Source: an uncultured Geminicoccaceae bacterium (GTDB taxonomy: Bacteria; Pseudomonadota; Alphaproteobacteria; Geminicoccales; Geminicoccaceae). From it: a stretch of DNA of 35,076 nucleotides. Of this stretch, positions 1 through 9,010 are shown in pieces; the stretch's first letter is position 1, and each line of letters opens with the position of its first letter. The position numbers and the translations under genes were made by a program. The stretch covers positions 1-35,076 of the forward strand of contig CAYUKE010000001.1 of the NCBI GenBank assembly GCA_964445185.1, given 5' to 3'. The notes beneath the pieces were generated by a model, which saw only the letters and a list, made by a program, of their open reading frames with translations, ran no database searches and was not told the DNA's origin.

Positions 1-1
1 G

Positions 2-1411
2 ACCGCCGCCGACGTCATGCAGGTCATCAAGGACCAGGACGTCAAGATCGTCGACCTGCGCTTCACCGACGTGCCGGGCACCTGGCAGCACACGTCGTTT
101 CCCGTCCAGACGTTCGACGAGGACGCGATCACCGATGGCATGGGCTTCGACGGCTCCTCGATCCGGGGCTTCAAGGAGATCCAGGAGTCGGACATGGTCA
201 TGCTCCCGGACCCGTCGACCGCCTTCCTTGACCCCTTCACCAAGCACAAGACGCTGGTGATGATCTGCGACATCATCGATCCGATCACCCGCGAGTTCTA
301 CGAGCGCGATCCGCGCGGTGTGGCCAAGAAGGCCATCCAGCACATGATCTCGACAAGCGTCGGAGACACCGCGTTCTTCGGTCCGGAAGCCGAGTTCTTC
401 GTCTTCGATGACGTGCGCTACGGCACCGGGACGAACTACGGCACGTTTATGGTCGACTCGAACGAGGGGCATTGGAACTCCAGCGAGGATGAGGGGCCGA
501 ACCTCGGCCACAAAATCCGCCCCAAGGAAGGGTACTTCCCCTGTGCGCCGAACGACACGCTGCAGGATTTGCGCTCGGAAATGGCGTTGCTGATGGCCGA
601 GATCGGCCTCACTGTCGAATGCCATCACCACGAGGTCGCGACCTCGGGGCAGTGCGAAATCGACATGAAGTTCGCGCCGCTCGTCGAGATGGCCGACGCG
701 CAGATCAAGTACAAATATGTCGTCAAGAACACCGCGAAAGCATACGGTAAGACTGCGACATTCATGCCCAAGCCGCTCTTCGGCGATAATGGCTCGGGCA
801 TGCATTGCCACCAGTCCATTTGGAAGGGTGGCCAGCCGCTGATGGCTGACGCTGCCGGCATTGGTGGCCTGTCGCAACTATGCTTGTGGTACATCGGCGG
901 GATTCTCAAGCACGCGCCGGCCGTTCTTGCCTTCGCCGCACCGACGACCAACTCTTACCATCGCTTGGTGCCGGGATTCGAGGCGCCGGTGAACCTCGTC
1001 TGGTCGCTGCGGAACAGGTCCGCCGCCGTCCGCATCCCGATGTACTCCGACAGCCCGAAGGCCAAGCGGATCGAGTTCCGCTGCCCGGACCCGTCGTGCA
1101 ACCCCTACCTGGCGTTCTCGGCGATGCTCATGGCCGGCCTCGACGGCATCAAGAACAAGATCGATCCGGGCGATCCCGCCGACCGGAACATCTACGACCT
1201 GCCGCCGGAGGAGGAGGCGAAGCTGCCGCGCGTGCCACACTCGCTCGAGGGCGCCTTGAATGCGCTCGAGGCGGACCACGAATTCCTCCTCGACGGCGAT
1301 GTCTTCACTAAGGACTTCATCGAGAGCTACGTCGAATTCAAGCGCGGCGACGTCGATGCCCTCAGGCTGCGGCCACATCCCGAGGAGTTCGTCATGTACT
1401 TCGACTGCTGA
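2..1411 (+). CDS. glnA: glutamine synthetase type I, 5' end probably truncated by the window edge
   Basis: ORF 17..1411 carries the canonical GSI motifs: [76 protein letters not shown] and the adenylylation loop [11 protein letters not shown]. The frame stays open back to base 2 (TAADV precedes the first Met). GSI proteins usually have a few more residues before the 'VKxVDLRFTD' segment, so the true start is probably upstream of the window. Confidence 0.95.
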   Translation, partial: TAADVMQVIKDQDVKIVDLRFTDVPGTWQHTSFPVQTFDEDAITDGMGFDGSSIRGFKEIQESDMVMLPDPSTAFLDPFTKHKTLVMICDIIDPITREFYERDPRGVAKKAIQHMISTSVGDTAFFGPEAEFFVFDDVRYGTGTNYGTFMVDSNEGHWNSSEDEGPNLGHKIRPKEGYFPCAPNDTLQDLRSEMALLMAEIGLTVECHHHEVATSGQCEIDMKFAPLVEMADAQIKYKYVVKNTAKAYGKTATFMPKPLFGDNGSGMHCHQSIWKGGQPLMADAAGIGGLSQLCLWYIGGILKHAPAVLAFAAPTTNSYHRLVPGFEAPVNLVWSLRNRSAAVRIPMYSDSPKAKRIEFRCPDPSCNPYLAFSAMLMAGLDGIKNKIDPGDPADRNIYDLPPEEEAKLPRVPHSLEGALNALEADHEFLLDGDVFTKDFIESYVEFKRGDVDALRLRPHPEEFVMYFDC

Positions 1412-1434
1412 AGGTCGGAGCCGTCAGTTGCTGG

Positions 1435-1470
1435 CGTAGGGGCGACCACGGTCGCCCCTACGTCGTTTAT
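1435..1470 (+). terminator. hairpin terminator candidate after glnA
   Basis: A 12-bp GC-rich stem (cgtaggggcgac / gtcgcccctacg) with the 4-nt loop cacg begins 24 nt after the glnA stop. It is followed by tcgtttat, which is only a short T run. Confidence 0.55.
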
Positions 1471-1529
1471 GCGGCAGCCTTTCCTGGGCGGCGGTCGTTG
1501 GCTAGTAAGTCGGCGGCTGTGGAGGGAGC

Positions 1530-2897
1530 ATGTCCGAGACCGACTTGTTGCGCGAGCGCATCGCGGAGACCGGCGCTCGCGCCTTGGATCTTCGCTTCAC
1601 GGACCTCACGGGCGCATGGCGCCACCTGACGGTCGATGCCGCCACCACCGCGCCCGATCAGCCCGATCGGCACTGCCTGTTCGACGGTTCGGGCCTCCCT
1701 GGCTGGCGGAACCTCTACGAGAGCGATCTCCTGCTGCTCGCTGATCCTGGTCGTGCGTGGGCCGATCCGTTCACCGCGCAACCCACGTTGTTGAGCATCG
1801 CCGACATCGTCGATCCCGCGACACAGGAAGGCTATCAGGGCTGTCCGCGCTCTGCGCTCAAGCGCACGATCGACCGCGTTCGCGAGAGCGGTATCGCCGA
1901 CACATTCCTGTTCACGGCGGACCTCGGCTTCTACGTTTTTGAGCGGCTGGAGGTCGTGCGGGAACCGGGCCGCCTCGGGCTTGCGGCGACGCCGGTTGCC
2001 GCAGGTGCCGCGGCTGCCCACCGGGAGCCGTATCTCGCCGGCCAACCTCACGACGCGCTGGCTGATCTGCGCGGCGAGATGGCCGGTGTCCTCGCATCGC
2101 TCGGTTTGGCCGGCCTGACGCACGTGCTGCTTCGCGACCGCGGTCAATGCGAACTGCGCTTCGGGCCGGCCGACGCTCTGCTGTTGGCGGATCAACTCCA
2201 GCTCGCGCGCTATGTCATCGAGAACGTCGCCCGCGCCTATGGCAAGGCGGCCTGCTTCCTGCCGGTCCCGGCGCCCGGTGTCGCCGGCTCGGGGCTGCAC
2301 CTTCACCTCGCACTTCAACGCGAGGGGCACTGGGTGTTCGCCGGTCAGGGCTACGCCGACCTCTCAGAGACCTGCCTGCATGCGATCGGCGGCATCCTCC
2401 GTCACACGCCAACCTTGAACGCCTTCACCAACCCGTCGACGAACAGCTATCGGCGTCTGCGGCAGGGGCATCAGGAGCCGTCGATCCTCGGCTTCGGCGC
2501 GCGCAACCGCTCGACGGCGATCCGGATCCCGGCCGCGGCTCGGCCCGAGGACAAGCGCATCGAGCTGCGCTTTCCCGACCCGCTTGCGAACCCCTATCTG
2601 GCTCTCGCGAGCATTCTGCTGGCCGTTCGCGACGGGATCGACCACGCGATCGATCCGGGCGAGCCGGCAGATCGCAATGTGTACGACCTCGCGGCCGATT
2701 CGGTTACCGGCCTGGAGCGCTGCGCGCCCGACTTGCCCCGTGCGCTACAGGCGTTGGAGGGCGCGCGGGACGGCCTCTTTGCCGGAGATGCCGTCCCCGA
2801 AGCTCTCATCGACACCTACTTGCAGCTCAAGCGCGACGAGCTCGATCTCATCGACGGCGAGCCGCACCCCCTGGAGCACGTCATCTACGGCACCTGA
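1530..2897 (+). CDS. glutamine synthetase-like paralog (GSI fold, divergent active site)
   Basis: This 455-aa ORF is collinear with GlnA. Shared segments include LDLRFTDLTG, ADPFTAQPTLLSIADIVDP, GQCELRF, GSGLHLH, NSYRRL, RNRSTAIRIP, RIELRFPDPLANPYLAL and DRNVYDL. A GGAGGGAG Shine-Dalgarno sequence lies just upstream of the ATG. The metal-ligand motifs are altered, as described in the findings. Confidence 0.85.
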   Translation: MSETDLLRERIAETGARALDLRFTDLTGAWRHLTVDAATTAPDQPDRHCLFDGSGLPGWRNLYESDLLLLADPGRAWADPFTAQPTLLSIADIVDPATQEGYQGCPRSALKRTIDRVRESGIADTFLFTADLGFYVFERLEVVREPGRLGLAATPVAAGAAAAHREPYLAGQPHDALADLRGEMAGVLASLGLAGLTHVLLRDRGQCELRFGPADALLLADQLQLARYVIENVARAYGKAACFLPVPAPGVAGSGLHLHLALQREGHWVFAGQGYADLSETCLHAIGGILRHTPTLNAFTNPSTNSYRRLRQGHQEPSILGFGARNRSTAIRIPAAARPEDKRIELRFPDPLANPYLALASILLAVRDGIDHAIDPGEPADRNVYDLAADSVTGLERCAPDLPRALQALEGARDGLFAGDAVPEALIDTYLQLKRDELDLIDGEPHPLEHVIYGT

Positions 2898-2936
2898 GGG
2901 GCTCGCCGTCGCTTGCACGACCGCGCCCTCCGCCGC

Positions 2937-4559
2937 CTAGGCGGCCCGCAGGTCGCCGAGGAACTGCGCGACCCGGCTCTCGAGCTGATGCGCTTGGCTG
3001 GTCAACGCCGAGGCCGCGCTGGCGATGCGTTCCGCCGCCTCGTCGCTGGCCGCTGCCGCTTCGGCGACGTGGGTGATGACCTCGCTGACGCCGGCGTTGC
3101 CGTTCGCCGCTTCCTGCACGTTGCGGGCGATCTCGGCGGTCGCTGCCGACTGCTCCTCCATCGCGGCGGCGATCGAGGAGGCGATCTCGGCGAGCCGCTC
3201 GATGACGTGGCCCACGCTTTGGAGTTCCGTGTCGGTCTCGTCGCTGGCGGCGCGCAGGGCCTGGACGCGTTCGGCGATGTCGGCGGTGGCCTTGTTCGTC
3301 TGACCGGCCAGCGTCTTGACCTCGTTGGCGACGACCGAGAAGCCGCGTCCGGCATCGCCGGCCCGAGCCGCTTCGATGGTGGCGTTGAGCGCGAGCAGGT
3401 TCGTCTGCTCGGCGATGCTGCTGACCAGCTCGACGAAGCTGTCGATCTCGGCCGACCGCGCGCGCAGCGTCTCCAGCGTGCCGCCGGCGCGGCCGCTCGC
3501 ATCGGCGGCCTCACTGGCGATGTCGCGGCTCTCGACGACGCGCGCGGTGATCTCGCGTACGGACGCGGCCATCTCCTCGGTCGCGGTCGCCACGGTCTGG
3601 ACGTTGGCGGACGCTTCGGTCGCCGCGCTCGACCCGGCGGTCGCCTGCGCCTTCGCGTCGCCCGCCGCTGCGCGCACGCTGGCGCCCTCGTGCTCGAAGG
3701 AGCCCGCGGTAGCGCTCACCTGCTCGATCAGGCCGCCGACCTCGGTCTCGAACGCGTGCGCCAGGCGCTGGGACAGATCCTGACGCTCCAGCGCCTGCTG
3801 CTTGAACTGGGCGAGCGCCGCCGCGAGGGTGCCGATCTCGTCGGTTCGCTCGGTGAACGGCACCTCGGTGTCGAGCGCGCCGCCGGCGATGGCTCGCATG
3901 GCTTCGACCACCCGGGCCATCGGCCGATTGATCGTCTGCAGGAGCACGAGGCCGCAGCCGGCCAGTGCGAGGCTGACCGCAAGCGCAATACCGCCGAGAA
4001 CGACGGCGAACTCACGGATTTCCGCGTCCACGTCATCGACGTAGACGCCGGTGCCCATCATCCACTGCCACTCGGGGTCGTACTCGGCGTAAGAGACCTT
4101 TGGGACAAGCTTGCCGCCGCGCTCCCAAACGTAGTCGACGAACCCGCCGCCGGCCCGCGCGACATCGATCAGGTCAGCGACCAAGCGAACGCCGTTCGGA
4201 TCTTCCAACTCGATGAGGTTCTTGCCCTCGAGCTCGGGCTTCGGGCCGAGGACGACGTTGGTGCCGTCGCTCGCGTAGACAAAGATGTAATCGCCCTGAT
4301 CGTTGTAGCGGAGGTTGCGGAGGAAGCGCGCTGCGTGCGTCTTGGCCTCCGCCTCGTCCATCGCGCCTTGGGCCACCTCGCCCTGGAGGTCGTCGACGAC
4401 CTGCCGCGCCGTGGAGACGATGTCCTGGATGACGACCTCATGCTTGGCGAAAAGCGCCTCGCGGGTGTGCCAGAGGCCCAGATGGCCGACTGGGATGGGT
4501 CCGAGCGCTGCGGCCACCGCGACAAACGTGAGCTTCTGTCTGATGGAAAGGTTTCGCAT
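2937..4559 (-). CDS. methyl-accepting chemotaxis protein with a periplasmic Cache-like sensor domain
   Basis: The order is an N-terminal TM segment, a roughly 150-aa periplasmic domain ([25 protein letters not shown] ... [11 protein letters not shown]), a second TM segment, HAMP, and the invariant signalling hairpin [38 protein letters not shown]. The 573-aa ORF on the opposite strand is a GC shadow. Confidence 0.9.
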   Translation of the reverse strand: MRNLSIRQKLTFVAVAAALGPIPVGHLGLWHTREALFAKHEVVIQDIVSTARQVVDDLQGEVAQGAMDEAEAKTHAARFLRNLRYNDQGDYIFVYASDGTNVVLGPKPELEGKNLIELEDPNGVRLVADLIDVARAGGGFVDYVWERGGKLVPKVSYAEYDPEWQWMMGTGVYVDDVDAEIREFAVVLGGIALAVSLALAGCGLVLLQTINRPMARVVEAMRAIAGGALDTEVPFTERTDEIGTLAAALAQFKQQALERQDLSQRLAHAFETEVGGLIEQVSATAGSFEHEGASVRAAAGDAKAQATAGSSAATEASANVQTVATATEEMAASVREITARVVESRDIASEAADASGRAGGTLETLRARSAEIDSFVELVSSIAEQTNLLALNATIEAARAGDAGRGFSVVANEVKTLAGQTNKATADIAERVQALRAASDETDTELQSVGHVIERLAEIASSIAAAMEEQSAATAEIARNVQEAANGNAGVSEVITHVAEAAAASDEAAERIASAASALTSQAHQLESRVAQFLGDLRAA

Positions 4560-4671
4560 CCGGTTTGGGCTCCGTGCGGGTTTGCAATGCGCACGGAGGG
4601 TGGCGCGAATTGGTTAACGATAGGTTGTCGCTGAATGTGAAACGAGCGCTCATCGGCGGCTAGATCGTTGC

Positions 4672-5097
4672 TCAGATCAGGTCGGCGAGGAACGGCGCTG
4701 CCTTGTCGAGCGTCTCGCGCGGCAGCGGGATCGCGCGGCGAGCTTCCAAGTCGAAGTAGACAGTCACCAGCTGCGCCGCCGTGTGCAAACGATCGTCGTC
4801 GGCGCTGTGCATCTGATGCGCATAGGTAAGCGACGTCTTGCCGACCCGAACGAGGTGCGAGCGAACAACCACCAGCCCGCCCAACGGAACCTCATCCTTG
4901 AGATCGACCTCAAGCCGAACGTCGGCCCAGCCCTTTCGGTCGGCCGCCATCTGCTCCGCCCGGGGCCCGATAGCATGCAGGAAGTGAAAGCCGGCATCGT
5001 CGAACATCGCCATCTGGTGGCGGGTGTTGAGGTGACCGAAGGCGTCGCAAAGCCAGGGGTGAGCGACGCCGCGGTAAGTCTCGATCTCGCGGGGCAT
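4672..5097 (-). CDS. acyl-CoA thioesterase, hotdog fold (4HBT/YbgC-like)
   Basis: The 141-aa size fits, and the N-terminal segment 'YRGVAHPWLCDAFGHLNTRHQMAMFDDA' is typical of 4HBT-type thioesterases. A GGGAGA Shine-Dalgarno sequence lies 7 nt upstream of the ATG. Confidence 0.7.
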   Translation of the reverse strand: MPREIETYRGVAHPWLCDAFGHLNTRHQMAMFDDAGFHFLHAIGPRAEQMAADRKGWADVRLEVDLKDEVPLGGLVVVRSHLVRVGKTSLTYAHQMHSADDDRLHTAAQLVTVYFDLEARRAIPLPRETLDKAAPFLADLI

Positions 5098-5171
5098 GGC
5101 GGGTCTCCCAGGGTGACTTCCCGGGAGCTTCGGCCGGCGGCCGCGCTCTTGGCAACACCGCCGGCCGTGCG

Positions 5172-6473
5172 TCAGTTCAGCAGATCGCCGCCAAAGAGCG
5201 TGTCGTGCATCAGCTTGTAGACGTCCGTACTGTCCATCAGGGGCTTGACCCGGTCGCTATTCATGCCGGCCGCTCGCACCAAGATGCCGCCTGCGACGTC
5301 GTTATAGCCGACCCACGCAATGCCGAAGGCATGCTCGACGCCGTTGTCGTCCTTGGCCGACATGAACACGTCGCCAAAGCTGCCCTGAACGCCATGCAGG
5401 ATGCCGCCGCCGTCGGTCGTCGCCGCGACGGCGCCGCCCGCCTCCGCCAGGTCGCCGGTCACCACCTGCAGGCCCGACGCATCGCTGTCGGCAGCCATGA
5501 CCAGTAGCGTGTCGGGGTTCTCCTCGACGAAACCATGCGCCACGCCGACCGCGTCATCGGCGCGGACGAGCGCCTCCAGCGTGCCTTGAGCGTTCATGTT
5601 GTTGGCGAGGTTGTCGGTGCCCTCCTCCTCGATCACGGCGAAGAAACCGTTCTCGGCGCGGGCGAGCATCGCCAGGCCGACCTCCGTCATCTCGGCGAGC
5701 GTCGGTGCCGTTTCCACGTAGGTCGGCAGCCCCTCGATGAGGTTTCGCTCACGTTCTTGGTCGTTAAAGGTGTGGTTGTGCGCGAAGGCGCCGAGCACCC
5801 GCTCGACCGCAGCGGTGTCGAGGGCCATCAGCTCGTCGCGGGTGTAGACAACCGTGTAGCCCAGCTCCTCGGCGCGCTCGATCAAATTGAGATCGTCTTC
5901 GCGCTCGCCCTCGCCGTGCCGGCCCGCAACGCCCTCCGGCAAGAGGAAGCGCTCGCCGCCGGCCAAGATGACCGTGGCGCCGCTCTCGATCACGGCTTCG
6001 GCGATGGCGTCGGTGTTGCGGCGGCTCTCGTTGGACGCGACGAAAGCGGCCGTGCCCGGCTCGGCGATGTGGCCGGTCTGGATGAGCCCAACGGCCTTGC
6101 CCGCTGCGAGCGCCTCCTGGGCGATCGACTGCGCCTCGCCCGAGGCGGCGGTGATCGGCTCGCTGCCGTTCAGGCCGAAGCTGTCAGCGACGACCTTGAC
6201 GCCGTAGGCATGGACGGTAGCGCCGCCGTGGCTGGTCCCGGTTAGGCGGTCCGCCATGTGGCCGGTGTAGACGCCGATGCCGGGCAGACGATCCCAGTTC
6301 AGCTCGCCGTCGGGACCGACCTTGTACATCCGCGCGGCGCCCCATGCATTGACGCTCGTGCCGTCGGGATGGAGGAAGATGACGTTCCCGGTCGTCTGTG
6401 CCGCGGCGCGCTCGGAGGCCACCAGCAAGGCCGCACCCGCGACCAGCAAAGCAAGCGTTTTGGTCGGCATCAC
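5172..6473 (-). CDS. secreted alkaline phosphatase family protein (PhoA-like, atypical metal motifs)
   Basis: It has a signal peptide, MMPTKTLALLVAGAALLVASERAAAQ. It is collinear with PhoA-type enzymes: NVIFLHPDGTS (GDGMG region), LTGTSHGGATVHAYGVK (DSAASATA..GVK region, Ser retained), GLIQTGHIAEPGTAAF, VILAGGERF, APTLAEMTEVGLAML, GFFAVIEEEG and TLLVMAAD. A GAGGG Shine-Dalgarno sequence lies 6 nt upstream. Confidence 0.85.
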   Translation of the reverse strand: MMPTKTLALLVAGAALLVASERAAAQTTGNVIFLHPDGTSVNAWGAARMYKVGPDGELNWDRLPGIGVYTGHMADRLTGTSHGGATVHAYGVKVVADSFGLNGSEPITAASGEAQSIAQEALAAGKAVGLIQTGHIAEPGTAAFVASNESRRNTDAIAEAVIESGATVILAGGERFLLPEGVAGRHGEGEREDDLNLIERAEELGYTVVYTRDELMALDTAAVERVLGAFAHNHTFNDQERERNLIEGLPTYVETAPTLAEMTEVGLAMLARAENGFFAVIEEEGTDNLANNMNAQGTLEALVRADDAVGVAHGFVEENPDTLLVMAADSDASGLQVVTGDLAEAGGAVAATTDGGGILHGVQGSFGDVFMSAKDDNGVEHAFGIAWVGYNDVAGGILVRAAGMNSDRVKPLMDSTDVYKLMHDTLFGGDLLN

Positions 6474-6698
6474 TGCCCTCGTTCCAGGGAGATTGGAGAA
6501 GCGGTATCCTACCCGGCGCCCTTGACCGGAGCGCGACAGCGCGATGAACCGGCATTCAGAACCGCCGAGGGTCGTTCGTTAGCCGCATCGCCGCCCTCGC
6601 ATCGGACTGTTAGCACGGACCTGATGAACGCAAGGGAGGCCAGCTTTGGAGGGACGCGTGCGTTCGCGCGGCCTGCCGACGCGAGGGAGGCGGCAAGC

Positions 6699-7604
6699 AT
6701 GCATGCGGTGACTGACGCCCGCAGCAGCACGCTATCGTCGTGGTGGGCCGCGCTACGCCCGAAGACGCTGAGCATCTCCATCGCGCCGGTGCTGGCGGGC
6801 ACGGTCTGGGCCTGGTCCACGGCGGGTATGTTCAGCGTCTCGGCCCTGTTCCTCGCCGTGCTCGCGGCCGCTTGCATCCAGGCAGGAACCAATCTCTGGA
6901 ACGATGCGCTCGACTTCGAGCACGGCGTCGATGGTGCCGTCCGGCTCGGACCAAGACGGGCGACCGCGGCGGGGCTGCTCGAGGCCCGCAGCGTTCGGCG
7001 CGCCTCGTTGGCCGCGTTCGCCGTGGCGGCATGCGCCGGTCTCGGGCTGGTCGCCTTAGGCGGTGCCGTCATCCTCGCGATCGGCGTCGCGGCCATCGGT
7101 GCTGGGCTCCTCTACTCGGCAGGCCCACGGCCGATCGCAGGGACGCCCTTCGGCGAGGTCTTCGTCCTCGCATTCTTTGGCGTTGCCGGCGTGCTTGGCA
7201 CCGCGCTCGTCCACGGCGCGGTGGTCGATGCCGAAGCGGTTGTCGTGGGCACGGTCGTCGGCCTTCCGGCGGCGGCGGTCCTCCTGGTGAACAACCATCG
7301 CGACCGGGTTAGCGATGGGCGCTGCGGGCGGCGAACGCTCGCGATCCTGATCGGCCCGCGTCCGACTGGGCACCTTTATACGCTGCTGCTACTGCTAGCG
7401 GCTGCCGGGCCTTGGGCGCTTCGGCCGGGCTGCGCCGTAGCCGTGGTCGGCAGCGTGCTTCTCGCGGTGGCTGCCGTCGCGCTGGGTGGCATTCTTTGCC
7501 GGGCCGCCATCGACCGCGGGCTCAATCGGGTGCTGGAACTGACGGCGCGTTTCCAGCTTTTGGTCGTCGTTGTGGTGGCCGGTGCGCTTCTCGCCTGCGG
7601 TTAG
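6699..7604 (+). CDS. menA: UbiA-family prenyltransferase, 1,4-dihydroxy-2-naphthoate polyprenyltransferase-like
   Basis: 'WWAALRPKTLSISIAPVLAG' and 'NLWNDALDFEHGVDG' match the MenA pattern (RPKT ... NxxNDxxDxxxGxD), and the protein has multiple TM helices. The track ORF opens at 6258, but that extension overlaps the phosphatase gene and has no homology. The ATG at 6699 has a GAGGGAGG Shine-Dalgarno sequence 8 nt upstream and gives about 301 aa. An alternative ATG lies at 6624. The gene symbol is tentative. Confidence 0.75.
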   Translation: MHAVTDARSSTLSSWWAALRPKTLSISIAPVLAGTVWAWSTAGMFSVSALFLAVLAAACIQAGTNLWNDALDFEHGVDGAVRLGPRRATAAGLLEARSVRRASLAAFAVAACAGLGLVALGGAVILAIGVAAIGAGLLYSAGPRPIAGTPFGEVFVLAFFGVAGVLGTALVHGAVVDAEAVVVGTVVGLPAAAVLLVNNHRDRVSDGRCGRRTLAILIGPRPTGHLYTLLLLLAAAGPWALRPGCAVAVVGSVLLAVAAVALGGILCRAAIDRGLNRVLELTARFQLLVVVVVAGALLACG

Positions 7605-7679
7605 CGCCCGGGGAAGGGCATCGGGTGTTGGTGCAAGGTCGCCACGGCTGGTTTCGACTGGAGACCAGCTCGTGGGCTG

Positions 7680-8570
7680 GTGGAGGGCGCCGTGACGACC
7701 GCCTTCATCCCGCTCGGCCTCGCCTTCATCATGTTCGCCGTCGGCGTTGGCCTGGCCGTTCGCGATTTTCGGGACCTCGCGCGACGGCCGACGATCGTGG
7801 TCGCAGGTGTGGTCGCACAGACCGTTGCGTTACCACTCCTCGCCCTAGTCGTGGCGACGATCTTCGCCCTACCGCCCGTCGCGGCGCTAGGTCTCATCAT
7901 GGTTGCGACGGTTTCGGGCGGGGTGACCTCGAATTTTCTTACCGTTCTCGCGCGCGGCGACGCCGCATTGTCCGTCGTCATGACGGCCACGTCGACGGCC
8001 GTCGGCGTCGTCACGATTCCGCTGATCCTCACCGCCGCGTTAAGCCACCTCGAGCCGACGGGTGTCGGCTTGCCGGAGAGCTTGGCTCTGCTCGATACGG
8101 CCGGCGCGATCCTCGTGGTGACTGCCTTGCCCATGGGCCTCGGCATGATCGTTCGGGCGGCCGCGCCCGATGCGGCGCGTCGCCTGCTCGGACCGGTCCG
8201 TCGCGTGGCCGCCGTGCTGTTCGCGGCCATCGTCGTGGCGGCCTTCAGCCGCGACTGGCACGTGATCGAGGCCCATTGGCAGACGGTCGGACTTCCCGTC
8301 ATCATCTTCAATCTGGCGGCCGTCGGCTTGGGCCTCGTCGTGGCTTGGCTGCTCGGCGCCGGCGCTCGCACCGGCCTGACGCTTGCCATCGAATGTGGGC
8401 TGCAGAACGTCGCGCTCGCCCTGTTCCTTGGCGGGGTCGTGCTCGACGAAACCGCGCTCATGGTGCCCGCGGTGATCTACGCGCTGGTGATGAATGTTAC
8501 GGCGCTGGGGCTCCTCGCCGTGGGCCGAAGGCTCGAGATCAGCGCCTTCCTTCGCGGCGTTCGTGCCTGA
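7680..8570 (+). CDS. bile acid:sodium symporter (BASS/SBF) family transporter
   Basis: The protein is polytopic, with 'FIMFAVGVGLAVRDFRDLARRP', 'VVAGVVAQTVALPLLA' and the family signature 'ECGLQNVALAL'. The start is uncertain. The track start at 7680 is a GTG. A GTG at 7692 has a GGAGGG Shine-Dalgarno sequence 4 nt upstream. An in-frame stop at 7602 rules out a longer N-terminus. Confidence 0.85.
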   Translation: MEGAVTTAFIPLGLAFIMFAVGVGLAVRDFRDLARRPTIVVAGVVAQTVALPLLALVVATIFALPPVAALGLIMVATVSGGVTSNFLTVLARGDAALSVVMTATSTAVGVVTIPLILTAALSHLEPTGVGLPESLALLDTAGAILVVTALPMGLGMIVRAAAPDAARRLLGPVRRVAAVLFAAIVVAAFSRDWHVIEAHWQTVGLPVIIFNLAAVGLGLVVAWLLGAGARTGLTLAIECGLQNVALALFLGGVVLDETALMVPAVIYALVMNVTALGLLAVGRRLEISAFLRGVRA

Positions 8571-8583
8571 GGCCTCCGCGCCC

Positions 8584-8979
8584 TCAGCCGGGCGAAGGGG
8601 TCAGGCTGCCGCGTGGCATGCCGCGTGTGTCGAACAGGCGGTACTGGGCGCCGTCGGCGACCACGAACCGGCAGCTCGGCTCCCCCTTGGCGGCGAGGCA
8701 GACCGCGCCGTCCGCCCGGAGCTCCAGTCGGTCTGCAGGAGTTGCACCGACGGCTGCAAGCGCCTGCGGCCGGGACATCCGCTCGAGGACCGCGCTGACA
8801 CTCGACGCGTCGAGTTGGCGGCCGCCAGCCGCAAGCAGCCGGGCATGCGAGGCGTTCGCAGGCTCGGCGTAGGCGACGTCGAAACCGATGGCCGGATCGG
8901 GCGGTGCCGCCGTGGCGCAGGCGGCCAGCGTCGAAGCCAAGACCATGATTCCTGCGCAGCGGCCTGAGCGGCTGAGCAT
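8584..8979 (-). CDS. hypothetical lipoprotein
   Basis: The signal peptide carries a lipobox (MVLASTLAAC). A GGAGGA Shine-Dalgarno sequence lies 6 nt upstream of the ATG at 8979. It sits on the same strand as radC and directly downstream of it. I recognise no family. Confidence 0.55.
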   Translation of the reverse strand: MLSRSGRCAGIMVLASTLAACATAAPPDPAIGFDVAYAEPANASHARLLAAGGRQLDASSVSAVLERMSRPQALAAVGATPADRLELRADGAVCLAAKGEPSCRFVVADGAQYRLFDTRGMPRGSLTPSPG

Positions 8980-9010
8980 CCCCGGTCCTCCGCGTGCCTC
9001 AAGGTCGACG

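Noticed and set aside
4570-4600. A possible sigma-54 promoter, suggested by a TTGCA element on the minus strand upstream of the MCP gene.
   Set aside because: The GG of the -24 element (TGGCAC) is absent at the required spacing upstream of TTGCA. Only the -12-like half is present.
2913-4634. A 573-aa ORF lies on the plus strand antisense to the chemoreceptor gene. Similar long antisense or off-frame ORFs occur at 1467-2330, 7412-8872, 7601-8461, 15343-16326, 20848-22011, 21068-22870, 24019-25341, 30601-32001 and 32479-33678.
   Set aside because: Their translations are Arg/Ala/Gly/Pro-rich and low in complexity, and contain no recognisable motifs. In every case the overlapping frame has strong family signatures. 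These are the usual stop-poor shadow frames of GC-rich DNA.
6258-6698. The MenA-like ORF has a 5' extension that overlaps the phosphatase gene. Analogous N-terminal extensions occur in the track ORFs for YceI (15303-15581), the aminotransferase (16798-16953), map (10808-10876), GH3 (33598-33732), phnD (28663-28737) and the GMC oxidoreductase (13747-13788).
   Set aside because: The extensions are Arg-rich, lack homology and overlap neighbouring genes or regulatory sites. Internal starts carry good Shine-Dalgarno sequences, or ATGA coupling, and give family-typical protein lengths.
6699-7604. The stand-alone MenA-type prenyltransferase as evidence for a novel quinone pathway.
   Set aside because: A single UbiA-family gene without its neighbours is not informative. 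The remaining men or futalosine genes could be elsewhere in the genome, and the MenA-versus-other-UbiA subfamily assignment rests on motif recognition alone.
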